This document shows positions 29,955 to 42,960 of a stretch of 64,000 bases of DNA, in pieces. The notes under the pieces were generated by a model, which was given only the letters and a program-made list of their open reading frames with translations, was not told the origin of the DNA and made no database searches. The DNA lies in the NCBI RefSeq assembly GCF_009914755.1, contig NC_060936.1. One strand, given 5' to 3'. The translations under genes were made by a program, and so were the position numbers. This stretch comes from the human T2T-CHM13v2.0 reference genome, Homo sapiens. The stretch's first letter is position 1; each line of letters starts with the position of its first letter.

Positions 29955-30215
29955 TACTGATGGAATTTCAGGGATTCCACACAGCCAAAGTGTATTAATC
30001 ACACTCATGCAAAGTGCGGTGCAGGTCAGCCTGGCTTCCCCTCCAGCCAGTGACTCAGGGATCCAACTCACACTATCCTGTGATACTGCCACCCTTGATT
30101 GTGCCACCAGGGAGGGAGGAAGCAGAGAGCTGACACACTGGTTCTTCTCTGCCTTAGCTTGGAAGGGACACACATCATTTGCACTCGTATTTTATTGGCT
30201 GCAAAGGATCTGGGA
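29955..30215 (-). mobile_element. Old MaLR LTR fragment (MLT1J/K-like)
   Basis: CAGTGACTCAGGGATCCA...CTTGGAAGGGACACACATCA...ATTTTATTGGCT. Confidence 0.45.
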
Positions 30216-30987
30216 CATAGACGTTTCCCTGTGGCTCAGGACAGAGAAGAGGTCCAGGTGTGGATGCACAACAGAAATGCCTCTCACACAGATACCACAG
30301 GCCACTTTCACCTCTTTCATAATACTGCTGGAGCAGGCTCTGCCCTTGGGACTGACTTTGAAAATACCCTTGATTTATAGCAATAATGTGTTTATACCCA
30401 AGTGATGCAAAATATTGCAAACAGTAAAGAGGTTATCACTTTGGAGAAGTATGTATTTCTCAACTGCCTCCTTTCTTGGCTAGGTTGAAAAAAAATGCCA
30501 TTTCTCAGGCAAGTTGGTGCCACTTAGCCCATGTGCCACCCCAAAGGACGGCCTGTTTAATAACTCATTTATAGCATGAGGCATTCCAAAGATGGTGCCT
30601 GCTTAAATTGAATTGCTTTCTTTTTTAAATGCACGTTTTGAAATGGATTCTCTATCTTGTATTAGAAGCAAATTGACAGATAAGTAAAGTTTGTTTCCTG
30701 TACCCCAGCTTGCACTATGAATGAATTGAAAGTAAATGAGGAGGGAGTTGGGTTTCCCTGCAGTGACAGCCCAGAATTATTGGTCTGTTACTGCAAGCCA
30801 GCAGAGCTGTTAGCTATGTCCTCAGGGAGGGAGGAAAATTTGCTCAGCTACCATTTGAGACGAGTTGCATCTCCCCAGGATTGATCTGTTAAGTGGTTTA
30901 CTATTGTGAGTCTATGTTCCTCCAGTGGTAACCTCTGGCAGAAACTCAGAGTGCAGTAGGGAAGAGGAATGAGGCTTGTTTTTAATG

Positions 30988-31124
30988 CCATGTGACTAAT
31001 GCAGTTAACACAGTTCTCCACAGTCTAGAAGCCACATGCCTGGACCCTTGTAGGTCATTTTGACAAGGATGACTGTCCTTTGTATTCTGACTGCTATATT
31101 CTTGGGGTTTCCAGGTACCCCAAG
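30988..31124 (+). repeat. 137-bp dispersed direct repeat, copy 1
   Basis: CCATGTGACTAATGCAGTTA...CAGGTACCCCAAG; ~15 mismatches by hand versus 32790-32926. Confidence 0.92.
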
Positions 31125-31176
31125 AAGACCCATGAACACCTCATGTAAGAGTCTCATTAAAAGGAGGCCATTGCTA

Positions 31177-31529
<353 letters not shown>

Positions 31530-32314
31530 TCATTGCTGGCCCACATTCATCAGGAGATTAGGGAGTCATCATGGTCACTCATAGGGCACCTGAGAAATTG
31601 CAGAGCCAATCTCATGTGTTACTTGAAATGTCCCATTTACATGGATGCAAATGAGGTAAGGCTCAAATTCCACCAACTGGAGTGGTGTGGGCTCCAACGA
31701 ATCAGAACAGACCAGAGTCATAACACTGACCAATCAGAAGGGGGTCAGAGGGTCCACGTAGACCACAGAGCAGCAGCATGGGTATAAATCTCCACCCCTC
31801 AGATGGGGACTGCAGATTCAAACCATGACTTGCTGTCCTGAGCCTCGCCCAGATTTCTAAATCCACCATTCCATCAGGGAGTAAGAAACAAAATTTAGCC
31901 CCATCCTTCTTGGGGTTTCTACCCACTTCACAGTTTTTTGGGGTAACAACTCCTGGATCTCCTGTTGCCCAAGCCCAAGGCTGCAGCTTGAAGATTTTGT
32001 TTCCTGGTCTTGACACACAGGCTGCCCTGAGCTATCCATCATTCCTGGATTGCAGAGTCTCTTCACATCTGCAGTTGTCTGCAGCCCAAGCACAGGGCCC
32101 TGGCCTCATCTCCAAGGCTGGCTCTTCAGACAACGACTCCATCCAGGGTCCTGATGGTGCTCCTGCAGGAAGCAGGCCAAGATCCTGCTGCTTCTTTCTA
32201 ATTCAAGGCCTTCGTCTTAAAGCGCCGTGCCCTCAAATTGCCTTCTTTAAAATGCTTTTAGAACTCAAATAGGAAAGATGTGCAAATGGTTTCTCCTTTT
32301 CTTTCATGCTCTAT

Positions 32315-32960
32315 ATGTTCATTAAGCAACTACTATGCCCAGTCACTGTTCCAGGCAGTGGGGGAGGAACAGCGACTGAGAGACACAACATCTCTTCATG
32401 GAGATTCCCTTTAAGAGGGAGACAGAGAAGGCCTCAAAGCTGAAATAAAACAATGTCTCCTAGGTGATCACAGCTAGGGAGACCATAGCAGGGAATGGGA
32501 ATGGGGGGTGAAGGAAGGTGAGGGTGGAGCCATGTGGATATCTGGGGCAACAGCACTCCAGGCAGAAGGAACAGCATATGCAAAGACTGCCATGTTTAAG
32601 ATATAGCAACAAGATGCTGTGGCTGGAAAACATGATGGAGTGGAGGAGAAGCAGGGAGGAAACCAAGGGGTCCAATTCCACAGAACTTTGGCTTCACTCT
32701 GACTCAGATGAAAACCAGCGGGACGTTTGAGCAGAGCAGCAGCCTGGTCTCATTGAAGTTTTAAAGGGTTTTTAACTCTATTTTCAGCTCCATGTGACTA
32801 ATGCAGTTAGCACCCTTCTCCACAGTCCAGAAGTCACATGCCTGGACCCTTGCAGGTCATTTCGACAAGGATGACTCTCCTTTGTGTTCTGACCTCTCTA
32901 TCCTTAGGGTTTTCAGGTACCCCAAGGCTGGCCCTGGCTGCTGTGTGCAGAGTAAACTCT
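32315..32960 (-). mobile_element. L2 fragment interrupted by the 137-bp copy
   Basis: TTCATTAAGCAACTACTATGCCCAG, CCAGGCAGAAGGAACAGCA, CCTGGCTGCTGTGTG. Confidence 0.7.
32790..32926 (+). repeat. 137-bp dispersed direct repeat, copy 2
   Basis: Ungapped alignment to 30988-31124, offset 1802 bp. Confidence 0.92.
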
Positions 32961-33694
32961 CTTGAAATAGGATCTAGCCACATAACTAGATAATGAGAGA
33001 ACCCTTACCCCATCCTCGTCTGCACATCAAAGGGATTTCTTGTTGGCTGTGGGGCGGGGTCGGTGCCAGGAGCAGAGCTGCACAGAGCACCTGCAAGGAA
33101 GCTTTCCCCTTCCTCCGGGATGGGAAGTGGGACACGTCAGCCCCACAACATCCCATTGATCTGTGTTTACAAAATTGGAAGAGACGCAGGACCCAACAAA
33201 GAACTCCTGTGCTAATAAAGGGTCAGCGATGAGGGTCACTCATTAAGATGCAACTCGCAAGGCAGCCGATAAGCTATAATTAATGAGACACCATCCAAGA
33301 ACGTTTACAGCTCGGAACACAGAGTTCTCGGAGCCACAAGGAGCAGGATTCACAGAAGACAGAGGACAATGCCTCCACGTGCCTATAAGTGGAGCGTGCT
33401 CCGGGAAACGGGCCCAGGACAGGAGGCCTGCCTGGTGGCCAGCATGGCCACACTTCCCAGCCCCTGACCCGGGTAAAGCCCTTCTGGAGCCCCCATTGCT
33501 GTCTGGAATGACCACAAAAATAATGGCAGAGGAGTGGATTTCATAGCATGGAGAAAAGTGCTCAGGCCAATTTGGAGGAAGGAGATTCATAAATCCACGG
33601 GATTATTCTAACTTTGTCAGTTCACCAGAGTTAAAGAAAGATAATTCGCCTTGGGGAAAAGTCTATGTAATTACCTACTTTTAAAAAGGACCTG

Positions 33695-34210
33695 TCATAA
33701 TGCACTCCTAGGTGTAAACCCAAGAGAAATGAAACCTACATCTACACAAAGACTTGTACTTAAATGTTCGTAGCAGCATTACTCGTAATAGCCAAAAAGT
33801 GGGAACAACCCAAATGTCCATCAATTGAGAAAGAAATATACAAAATGTAGTCTATCCATATAATAGAATATTATCAGGCCATTAAAAGGAAGGAAGGACC
33901 AATCCATGCTACCACGTGGACGAACCTTGAAAATATGATGAAAGAAGCCAGGCACAAAGGGCCACATGTTGTATGATTCCCTTTAAATAAAATGTCCAGA
34001 ATAGGTAAGTCCATAGAGGCAGAAAGCCAATTAGTGGTTGCTGGGGGCTGGGAGGAGGGGGGGATGGGAGTGCCTGCTAATGGGATTAGAGTCGCCTTCT
34101 GGCATAAGGGAGGTGTTCTGAAGCTAGATTAAGTGAGAGTGTACTGGTTAGTATGCTTTAAATGTGTGCATCGTATGGTGTTTGAACTAAATCTCAATAA
34201 AGCTATTTTT
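33695..34210 (+). mobile_element. L1MB-type 3' end
   Basis: CCCAAGAGAAATGAAA...AACCCAAATGTCCATCAA...ATCTCAATAAAGCT. Confidence 0.82.
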
Positions 34211-34289
34211 TAAAGGAGCTTTCCTGAGATATTTAGTGTATGCATTTGCATTTTCTGAGTTGAGTTACAATATATGAGGGATATTGGTG

Positions 34290-34580
34290 TCAGATATTGT
34301 AGTGGGTCAGAGCATGAGCTTTAGGGTTCCATCGGCCTGGGCTCCATCCCTGGCTCCCCTCCTGACCTCCATACTTAGTAGCTGCCAGTTCTTGAGCTAG
34401 TTCATTACACTTCCTGTAAATCTTCCATTTCCTAACCTGTGAAGTGGGGGAGAATGTAAGTGCCGGCTCATTGGGCTGTTGAAACTAGATAAATCAGTGC
34501 ATGCAGAAATGCCTGGAACAGCACCTGGTACTTGAAAAGAGCTCAAAATCATGGTGAGGTGCGAGGTGGCCCATGTTAGG
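34290..34580 (+). mobile_element. MIR
   Basis: GTAGTGGGTCAGAGCATGAGCTTT...CATTTCCTAACCTGTGAAGTGGG. Confidence 0.6.
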
Positions 34581-34740
34581 GTTGGTATTTTTACTGCTAT
34601 AATGGTGCTGATTGGATCAATTCACCATCAGCTCAGAGGGGCTGACACAGGAAGGGGAGAGCACACTGGGGGGCTTGGCTGTCCGGAGGCCAGAAGGGCG
34701 GGAATCCAAGCCCTCTGTGCCTCAGTTTCCCCTCCTGTGG

Positions 34741-34801
34741 TGACACCAGCCCTTTCTACTCTGCTGTGTTGACACCAGCCCTTTCTACTCTGCTGTGTTG
34801 A
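34741..34801. repeat. Perfect 29-bp tandem duplication
   Basis: TGACACCAGCCCTTTCTACTCTGCTGTGT x2 plus TGA. Confidence 0.93.
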
Positions 34802-34857
34802 ATGTCAAATGTGGCAATGATTTATGTGAAAATTCTTTGCAAAGAATAAAGAGACAT

Positions 34858-35300
34858 TGTTGCAGGTTGACTTTTGTTCCCCCAAAAGATATGCTGAAGT
34901 CCTAATCCTCAGTACCTGTGAATCTGACCTTCTTTGGAAATAGGGTCTTTGCAGATACCATTGGGTTAAGATGAGGTCATTAGGTGGCTGCTAATCCAAT
35001 GACTGGTGTCCCTATAGGTGGGAGATTTGGATAGAGCCACGGGGAGAGCGTTCCACGGTGGCAGAGGCAGAGATTGCAGCGTCACATACACAAGACCCAG
35101 AATTGCAGGGTTGCAGGCAAACCCCTGATGCTAGGAAGAGGCAGGGAAGGATCCTGCCCTGCAGCCTCAGAGGGAGCACGGCCCTGCTCACAACTTGATT
35201 TCAAAGTTCTGGCCTCCAGAACAGTGAGAGAATAAATTTCAGTCGTTGTATGCCATCCCGTTTGCTGTACTTCATTACAGCAGCCTTAGAAAACTAACAG
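34858..35300 (+). mobile_element. MaLR LTR (MLT1B/C-like)
   Basis: CCCCCAAAAGATATGCTGAAGTCCTAA...TTCTGGCCTCCAGAAC...AAACTAACA. Confidence 0.82.
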
Positions 35301-36768
35301 AGGCATACACATCAATTACTGTTATTATCATGACTATGTATACAATAGTGCATTGCTTCCTGCCTAACAACATCGTAGATGCCCAATAACTCTGAGCCGC
35401 TCTGATGATTGATGGCTCCTGCAGGATCTCCGAGCTAACTAGGAAGCTCTTGTCACTCAGCGCCACACGCACCCTGCTGTACTCTGCTACAGAATGCTGG
35501 GCTGAGATGCTGCCTGGTTTTAGACATGGATCTTAATTGGTACACTGTTGCACTGTGCTAAGATTTCTAGAAGGAATTGCAAAGTCAAGACAAACAGAGG
35601 TGACAGAGAAGGCGTAACTAAGAACAGCCTCCCTATGGATGGGCCTGCCGGTGTATTGATGAAGAAAGTCTTTTCTCTTGCTCCCTGTAAATGTTCAGGA
35701 GAGAGAGCTTCCTGAGAAGCCTCCTCTCTCCTCTGTCCCCTGCCCTGCCACCTCGGGGTCTCCCTGCTCCTACCGAATCTAAGGCAGTCGCAGAGGAAAT
35801 GAGGGGAATTGTTAGTGTTGTCATCAGCAACGCATTTTACTTTCGGCATCTCCTCAAGCATTTTTTAATCAATTCTACCAAAACATCATCCAGGACTCTT
35901 GGGGTTCATTAGGAAGTGGGAGCCGGGAGGCAGCGTGGTCAGGTAACGTGTCCAGCCTGGTCTGCTCCGTCAGGGCTGCCCTTCGCAAGCCGGCGGTAAC
36001 AGGGTTCTCTTTTCTCCCCTGATGAGAGGAGTTGTTATACCGCACTGTGCGGCACAGCCGGGGTCTGCACTTGGCCTGCTTAGAGGGAAAATTACCTTAC
36101 TGGGTGGAATTGCAAGAGGCCTCCCCTGCAATGCCTCTGTGTTTGTGTGCGTGTGTGTAATGTATTCTTAATCACCTGATTATGTAAATCACTGGTTGCA
36201 CCTAACAGAGTCAGCTTGTTAATCAGATGGCTCTTCTCTGGACTACTCTGCCCTGAATCCAGAACCCACACTTCAAGCGCCCTCACTAATCAGCACGCCA
36301 GTCGGCTGCTGGGCGGCCCGTGCATCATTTTAACTAGTATGCCTTGAATTGGGAAAATGAAGCGCCCTTTTGGAGTAATTTTTCTATTGCTGCAAATTAG
36401 GCTGAGTTGTCAGTCTCTGCTTTCTCCTTCCTCTTATAACAGCCTTGCTGTCAGCCTGGCTCCACAGGGGCACCCACCACCAGCAGCCACAGAGAACAGT
36501 GGGATTACCACCACTCCCTGCCATTCCCAAACTGCAAGCCACCATCTAGCATCATTGCCAGGGACTTGACTTCTCATGGGTACAAAACCGGAATTTGTTG
36601 TAACGCATTCCAGTATAACCAGTAGTAGTCTTTGTCCACCATCTCAAGCATAAAAAGAAATATCTACATAAGTTAGCCTTAAGTTTGGCTGAGAATAACC
36701 GAAAACCTTCAAAACCTCTAGGTGAAACATAAAATAAGTTTATTTCACATACATAAGTAAGGCCATGA

Positions 36769-37180
<412 letters not shown>

Positions 37181-37325
37181 TGACTGCTGGTGTTCCAGCC
37201 ATTATATCTATATTCCCAGTAGCAGGAAGGGAAAAAGGACGAAAGAAATGCCCCACTTACTGAGTTTCGTTCTCATTAAGGAGATTTTCTAAAGTACTGC
37301 ATATTTCCGTTTACTTTTGGACTAG

Positions 37326-37516
37326 ACCGGTTCTCAACCTTCAACAACATCAGAATCACTGGAGGAATTGGTAAAGCACTGGTAAATGTGCCCCACCAAC
37401 CTTCAGAGTTTCTGATTCAGTAGGTCTGGGGTAGAGCCCAAAAATTTGCATTTCTAACAAGTCCCCAGAGGATGCTGATTCTGCTGGCCCAGGCACCACA
37501 CTTTGAGAACCACTGT
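37326..37516. mobile_element. MER5A hAT MITE
   Basis: GGTTCTCAA...CAGAATCAC...TGCATTTCTAACAAG...CTTTGAGAACCACTG. Confidence 0.82.
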
Positions 37517-38179
37517 GTTTGAACCCAGTCACATGGTCACAGCCAGCTGCAAGGGAGGCTGAGAAGTTTAGTTTCTCCTCCCAACCCACCTCCCAAAGCA
37601 TCATGGTTCAGTAACTGAAGAAAAAAAGAGAGTGGATATTGAGAGGCAGCCTCTTTTGCCACAATATCTTGCTCTATTTCCTCCAGATCTAATCAGTTTA
37701 TTTTCCTAGCCCCTGCCTTTTGGGGACTCCCTCTGGGATTCAAGGTCTTTGTGTTGCTGCACAGACACCAGGCAGGCATCTTCTCCTGCGTCTTCTCCAA
37801 AAACTCTTCCTAGAAACCAGACGTGTGTTTCCTTTCAGAACCCAAAGACCACTCCTCCTCTCTCTTTACCTCCCAAGAGAAAAAAATTGGTTCTTTCTTT
37901 CTGGAAGGATGGGTGAAGGGAGCGCCCCCCTCCTCCGTGATTTTGGCCAAACATTTTGTCATACTTGTGAACTCCCTCACCTCTCTGGAATTTGGGAGGC
38001 ATTTTGTTTTCTGTCCTTCTCCTCCTTCCCCCAAAGATACATACAGAACTGGTTTCCCTGCTTGAATAGGAGGAAGAAAGGGGAAGCCACAGAGAGGGAA
38101 AACGTAAGTTAATATCTCAATATTATCCCAGCAAACAGATTTCATCATTGTTTGGTAGCTAGAAAAGCTCTTTTTCTTT

Positions 38180-38540
38180 ACTTCAGGAAGGGAGGCCAGG
38201 TTTTATAAGCATTGGGTAATGAGATGTGATGAGATTGGATGTTGCAATGAGGTGATGCAGGGAGGCATGATCTGACTGGATCCTGCCATGGGGTGACACC
38301 GGGGCTCAATCTGATTGGATCCTGCCATGGGGTGATGCCAGGGCTCGATCTGATTGGATCCTGGACCGTATTATGCAGTGTCCTGTTCTTAATTCAGTTC
38401 CCACACCTCAGTTTGAGCACTCAGGGTTCCTCTGTGTCTGCATGTGTGGCTCATCTAGGCATGCTCAGGCTATGTGACCTTCAACCTGGGGGTCCATGGC
38501 AAGTGAAAAACAACTCACAACTCTGTTACAGAAAAATGGA
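38180..38540 (-). mobile_element. Probable ERV LTR with internal 39-bp tandem repeat (38269-38363)
   Basis: TTTTATA and repeated GATTGG (reverse TATA/CCAAT layout); family unresolved. Confidence 0.45.
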
Positions 38541-38780
38541 ACCTATTGGTCTGGTGCAGCTACAGGGAGCTCAAAAGCAACTTGGTGAATCAGGACATTC
38601 AAATAGTGTCACAGTTTGTGGGCTCTGTTTCCTGGGATGAAGTTGGATGGGGTTGGGGTGGTGGAGTGGCCACCTCTGTACCAGGCACTGACCTGGGATT
38701 TTTTGTAGGTCCTCTTGCCTACAACCCTAGAGGAAACTGGGATTATCCCCATTTCACAGATGAGGAAAGCAAAGCTCCAA

Positions 38781-39048
38781 CAAGGCAGGAGCAGGGACGC
38801 AGCTCCCATGGAGGCCACAAGGCAGGAGCAGGGACGCAGCTCCCATGGAGGCCTCAAGGCAGGAGCAGGGACGCAGCTCCCATGGAGGCCACAAGGCAGG
38901 AGCAGGGACGCAGCTCCCATGGAGGCCACAAGGCAGGAGCAGGGACGCAGCTCCCATGGAGGCCACAAGGCAGGAGCAGGGACGCAGCTCCCATGGAGGC
39001 CACAAGGCAGGAGCAGGGACGCAGCTCCCATGGAGGCCACAAGGCAGG
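38781..39048. repeat. 37-bp minisatellite, 7.2 copies
   Basis: CAAGGCAGGAGCAGGGACGCAGCTCCCATGGAGGCCA; only one substitution seen (copy 2). Confidence 0.97.
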
Positions 39049-39867
39049 CACCTTTTTAGTTTGAACTCATGAAGCCACGATGGTCGCTGCCCTCTGAATG
39101 CTGAGAGCTGGACCCTCTTTTCTGGGTTCCAATTTCAAAACTGGACCTTTCTTCCCCCTAGAACCTGCCACATGAGCTATCTCCCCAGAACCTGCCACGT
39201 GAGCGGTGTGCCTTCCCACTGTCTCCAGCGTCCTCCTAACCTGCTGGGATGTTTCCCCAACCAACTGCGCTTCCGCTGAGATAGAGGAAGACATGATCTT
39301 TTTTTTTTTCCTGTTCATATACTTTTCCTTTGGAGCAGGCAGTATGGTAATGTTATCTGCTATGGTTAAGTCCAGAAAGGCCAGTTTTAGGGGCCTCTTG
39401 CTATTCAAGTGTTTATAGTCACCTTCCTTGAGCTAAAAGCACATACAGGGAACCGGATGCTTTCAGTAACACAAAAATCATCACAAATGTAAATGATCAA
39501 CCACTTATAAAGTTCTCCCCAATTCAAATCTCCCTTCCTATTTAACATGAGCCCCTCTGGTTTAGCGCAAGATTCCTCATAGGTCCAAACATGCAATGCA
39601 AATTATCAAGATGCAAATCTATGCCAAGTTGAGCAAAGGGTGCAGGCTTTTATGGAGGAAGCCATCATGCTGATGTTGAAGTCCCACTGGAAGCATGGTG
39701 GATCAGAGGCTGTAACCACTGAAGAGGAGAAAGCAATAAGGACAGGAGTTAGCTTCTGCAAAAGGAAGATGACTCCATGGCTCTACCAGAGAGAATGGCC
39801 TGAAACTTGAAGACTAAAAGAGGCCTTTGGAGGAAAGAGGGCCCTTCCTGTTGGAAAAATGATCTTG

Positions 39868-40040
39868 TTCAGGGATCAGCAAAGTTTTTCCATAAAGGGC
39901 TAGATAGTAAATATTTTCAGTTTTGCAGGACACAGTCTCTGTTGCATATTGTTTTTCTTTTCTTTCTTTTTTTTAAAAGCCTTGAGAATGTAAAAATCAT
40001 TCTTGGCTAACAAATTTACATAAAAACTTGCCATGGACAG
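39868..40040. mobile_element. MER58-like hAT element
   Basis: CAGGGATCAGCAAAG...AAAGGGCTAGATAGTAAATATTTT. Confidence 0.65.
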
Positions 40041-41649
40041 GAATTGGCTCCTGTGTCTTATTCATCAGTCTGCAAAATCTAATGGGATGTGAAAGACGTC
40101 TGTGAAGCCATTACAGACACCTGCTCTCCCCACAGAAATTCAATCCATCTTTCTCTTCATTCTGAGAAGCAGCACATGGTTGCCATCTCTGTTCTCAGCA
40201 TCTACTTTGAATTAGTGAATAGTAGATTTCCCTATTAGTTGCCTTCCTCAAGGAAAATGTGAAACTTTTGGTCTGCAGTCAGCTCCGCAAGCCCCCAGAG
40301 GAGACCAAGCAAGACACCCTGAGCTCTGTGGACGTCTGTACGTGTGGAGGGGGAGCATTCGCCCAGTTATTCCTCCCTCAGAGACAGGTGGCAGGGAAGA
40401 AAATCCATGGATTTGGGAGGCACTCACAGGAATGGACTGCTTCTCTGGCTACAGATGGAAGGAAGGACACTTGGATTAAGCGTCCTTAAGTGTCCTTGGA
40501 TAGATGATTGAAGACGGATTGGATAGATAGATTTAAGAGTCAGCGATGTCAGAATGGGTCTGGAGAGAAATGAAAAATGTCCATGTCCCACTGTCCAGTG
40601 GCTTCTCCAGTCCAGGGTGAGACAGGCCCTCAGGGCCACTCGTCCACTCCCACAACCCCCACTGGTGGGCTTGTTTTCTAGAGGGTTGTCTTGTGCAAAG
40701 AGTAAGAACCAGGGGCTGGACCTCTCACTTGGGGTTCATATCTCAGCTCCACCGCGCTGCTGGCTTTGTGAATTTGAGTGAGTTAGTTGGCATTCTTGAC
40801 GTCGTCTCTTCACCCTTCAAATCAGGGTGAGAACAGAGTCTCCCTCCAAGGGTTCAGGGAGCTGGGATACACGAAGCGCTTAAAGAGAATCTGGCACGTA
40901 ATGCATGCTGCTGTCGACACCAAAGGTCGGCTCCACCTCAGAGAAAACACGCTTGAGAGAGGTGGCAGGTGTGGTGGATAAAAGAAATGAAAGGAAGATG
41001 GTGTCACTGTCCAGCTGTGTGGCCCTGGGCAAGTCATTCCTCCTCGTCCAGGTGGGCTGAGGAACCCCTTTCCTCTCTGATTCTGGTGCTCAAAAATGGG
41101 ATGACTTATAACTTGCTTTAAAATAGCCAGTTCTATAGGAGAAGTTTCTTCCCAGAAATTAAACTTGGGAATGAGAATGTAAGGTCTGGGCACAACCACT
41201 GGGAGTTCCTGCAGGGTCTCCTTTGAGATGTGCGGCCAACTAGTTTAACCTGCACGGCTAGAAACGCCTCTTAAGTCCACTTTGATCCACTTAGAAGGGC
41301 CAAATTTTCATAGCAAAGTGTAAGGCAGGCTAATTCCTGCTTTCTCTATGGGCTTCCCACTTGTTGTTTGTGGTTCCCAGACACTTTATGCAGTCACTTT
41401 CCCAGCATATAGTTCAAGGATGGGGATCAGCTTCCTCAAAGAAGAAAACGGCTTGCCAAGCCCCATTTGCCCATGTGCCCACGACCTTGGCATCGTGGAC
41501 TGGCCCAAAGCCAGGCCTTAGGGCTCTCAGGTCTCTGCAGTCCACAAGCCCTGAACCTCCACGGCCACCGTGAGCCAGGCACGGTAATTACAGTAATAGG
41601 GAAGTAAATGGTACCCTACCCACCAAAATATCTAAAATAAAGAGGCTGG

Positions 41650-42178
41650 TAAAACAGCAGGTTTCACCAGAGAAACAAGATGAGGAGGGAGGTAGGTAGG
41701 TAGGTAGATAGACAGATAGACAGATAGGAGACAGAAAGAAGATAGATTAGATAGCGAGAGGTAAGATAGATAATACATAGATGACAGACTAGATAGATGA
41801 CAGATTAGATAGATGATAGAAGATAGATTGGATAGATGATAGACACATAAATAGATAGACAGATGATTGATAGGCTAGATAGATAGACAGATATAGCTAT
41901 GTGTCATGGACAAACTGTCATGAAGGGCAGCCTGGATCTTTGGGGCACAAACTGAAGTGCTGTCCACAGGCAAGATTTCTTCCTGTTCAGGGAAGCCTCA
42001 GCTCTGCTTCTAAATGCCTTTCAAACCAATTGGATCAGGCCCACCCAGATTATGCAGGATAACTTCCTTTATAAATAAAGTCAGCTGATTATGAGCATTA
42101 GTCACATCTACAAAATCCCATCACAGCAACAGCTAGGTTAATGTTTAGTTGACCAGCTGGAACCATCACCTGGCCAAG
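41650..42178 (-). mobile_element. MLT2 (ERVL) LTR containing a degenerate (GATA)n tract (~41690-41893)
   Basis: CCAGAGAAACA...CAGGGAAGCCTCAG...GGATCAGGCCCACCCAGATTAT...CACATCTACAAAAT. Confidence 0.75.
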
Positions 42179-42279
42179 GGATACGTAATCATGGGGGTTT
42201 GCCAGGGTCTCAGGGAAGGACGGCCTCACACGCTGCTGCTCAGAGTGTATGATGACAACTGCTTGGAAGCACCAAATAG

Positions 42280-42960
42280 CAGGATCAAAGAGGAAAATGT
42301 GTACCCTCTCAACCCAGCAATTTCACTTCTGGGATGAGAAGATGCTAAAAAAAAAAAAAAACCCTGGATACATATGCACATGGAGGGATTCAGTTATTTG
42401 CAAAGGCAAAGAATTTGAAACACTGTAAGTTTCCATGGGTAAGAGAATGGAAAAGTAAAATATAGAAAAGGCACACAATGGAATTTAGTCAGTTTTGAGA
42501 CAAATGAATTCAATCAGTATGTAAATATGGATCTAAATAGGAATAAATGCTCCAGCTATACAAACAGGGATAGATCATAAAAACATAATGTTGAGTGTTT
42601 TGAAAAACAAAACACAGGTTGATGAAAGTACAATATGATATATTTACATAAACTATGTAAAACGTGCTTTTGTATAAAACATAAAAGCAAAAGACAATAC
42701 CATATTTTCTTTACATAAATATGGATATTTGGTTAAAGTATAAGAATCACAAACTGGAAAGATACATGCCAAATCCTGACAGTGATTGCCACTAGGGAGG
42801 GAAATTGAGGATCAGGACTGGAAAAATGACAGAGGAGATTTTAAAGTTATCAGCCATGTTTTCTCTTTTGTAAAAGAAAAAAAATCTGAAAAGAATACAA
42901 AAAGTGCTAACATAAATACATTTTAAATGTGTTTGGATGTCTGCTATGTGCTTGACTTGT
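42280..42960 (+). mobile_element. Old L1ME-like fragment
   Basis: AACCCAGCAATTTCACTTCTGGGA; AAAACATAATGTTGAGT. Confidence 0.5.

Noticed and set aside
38546-39072. Overlapping repetitive ORFs (172 aa and others)
   Set aside because: Produced by the 37-bp minisatellite cycling through frames.
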